Shown here in pieces: positions 62,888-64,000 of a DNA stretch of 64,000 nt; the stretch's first letter is position 1; every line of letters starts with the position of its first letter. Made by a program: the position numbers and the translations under genes. The stretch is from contig CP089274.1 of assembly GCA_023920165.1 (NCBI GenBank), forward strand, positions 1,736,001 to 1,800,000, in the 5' to 3' direction. This stretch comes from Curvularia clavata (Eukaryota). The notes beneath the pieces were generated by a model that saw only the letters and a program-made list of their open reading frames with translations, did no database searches and was not told the origin of the DNA.

Positions 62888-63655
62888 ATGCCGTCTAAGA
62901 CAAGAAACATGAGCGAGAAAGAGAAACGACAAGTAGAAGGAAAGAGAGTAACAAAAACCCCATCAGCGAAACCCGATAGGAAACTTGTAAGACGTAGAGT
63001 AGCAAGGAGTCCAGAGGTTACGAGAGAGACGGCTTCTCGAGAGGACAAGGATGTGGTGATGACATCTTCTGGTGAAGAAGAGGCACAGGAGATCCAACAC
63101 CTACGCGACGAACTTGAAATTGCAAATGCAAGAATTAAGCTACTCGAGGAGCTTCTAGAAAACAAGCAGACTGCATCACGCAATCCAAGCATTGAACACG
63201 ACGATCGAAAGGATGTCTCATTCAAAGCAGAGAATAACGCGCGAAAACACCAACCGTATGACTTACCTAGGACTGAAGAAAGCGCACCACTTCAAGTCAC
63301 GAACAGTCAGAAGAAGCCTATCGCGCTCACAGTTCAAATCCAACCTCAACTTCCATTAACTCCTCAGTCTCCTCTTTCGTCAGTACCACCAGCCTCGCCT
63401 TACCCGGGCACTATTAGTGCTATCTTGAATGAGGAAGATATTAAGCTAGAAAACGTTCGCGCAACATACACCAAAGTCAAAACAAAGCTGGATACCATTA
63501 AGCTTATCGTTAGAAAACTGGACTGGTGCACAGAGTCGATGGATGTCAGCAATTTTGGCGAGTTTGGGGTGCACATGAAGCGGTTGAGAGAGTGGCTAGA
63601 AGAAGATGAACAGAAACAGCTACAGCAGCAACATCAGAAACAGAGCAAGGAGTAG
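62888..63655 (+). CDS. Hypothetical protein (~255 aa) with coiled-coil segments
   Basis: Long ATG-initiated ORF with a pyrimidine-rich leader; no motif recognised. Confidence 0.7.
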   Translation: MPSKTRNMSEKEKRQVEGKRVTKTPSAKPDRKLVRRRVARSPEVTRETASREDKDVVMTSSGEEEAQEIQHLRDELEIANARIKLLEELLENKQTASRNPSIEHDDRKDVSFKAENNARKHQPYDLPRTEESAPLQVTNSQKKPIALTVQIQPQLPLTPQSPLSSVPPASPYPGTISAILNEEDIKLENVRATYTKVKTKLDTIKLIVRKLDWCTESMDVSNFGEFGVHMKRLREWLEEDEQKQLQQQHQKQSKE

Positions 63656-63809
63656 TATGTAACGATGAAACGTCAATCAAAAAATTCATTGAGCTTTACG
63701 ACAACTCTTTTTCTATGTTTCTGAACAAGGCAAGATTAAAAGCCCGATATTTCAAATCAGAGCAATGACTCAAAGGATGAGGACGAAAAACAACCTATCA
63801 ATCGTCGCC

Positions 63810-64000
63810 CTACAATCCAAACTTGCTCTTGACAGCTCCCATCACAAAGCCTCTTTTCTGTTTGCCCACAAATTTATTAACATCATTTGCCCAGCCTGCG
63901 CTGTTCTGAGAGAGGTTGTCCATGCTGTCGCCGACAATATTGAGCTTCTCAGTACGCTCATTGAGTTGTCGTGAAGCCCACGCACCCCAGCCTTCTTGAG
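63810..64000 (-). CDS. SRO7: C-terminus of an Sro7/Lgl/tomosyn-like protein (partial, runs off the window)
   Basis: Minus-strand translation QEGWGAWASRQLNERTEKLNIVGDSMDNLSQNSAGWANDVNKFVGKQKRGFVMGAVKSKFGL* resembles the SNARE-like tail. Confidence 0.8.
   Translation of the reverse strand, partial: QEGWGAWASRQLNERTEKLNIVGDSMDNLSQNSAGWANDVNKFVGKQKRGFVMGAVKSKFGL

Overview
Filamentous ascomycete DNA, most likely a Dothideomycete (Pleosporales-type), spanning a sharp compartment boundary. Bases 1-~37,650 are an AT-rich nest of transposons with strong RIP-type damage (CpA->TpA). It holds three copies of one chromodomain Ty3/Gypsy family (two heavily degraded, one nearly intact at 29372-36567), long-TIR intron-containing Tc1 (DD34E) elements, several ~1.85 kb Fot1/pogo elements, a MITE, solo LTRs and an older repeated family I could not identify. 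From ~39,250 the sequence is GC-balanced and gene-dense: a Tri3-like acyltransferase, SQS1, ATG4, H2B/H2A, KGD2, NDUFB9, GRC3, RPA34, apsB, a hypothetical gene and the 3' end of SRO7. The two most notable observations are (1) an antisense, intron-containing Cys-rich/coiled-coil extra gene inside the Gypsy element and (2) a Tc1 copy with RIP-like composition whose spliced transposase frame is still open. All calls were made by eye with no database searches, and boundaries in degraded regions are approximate.
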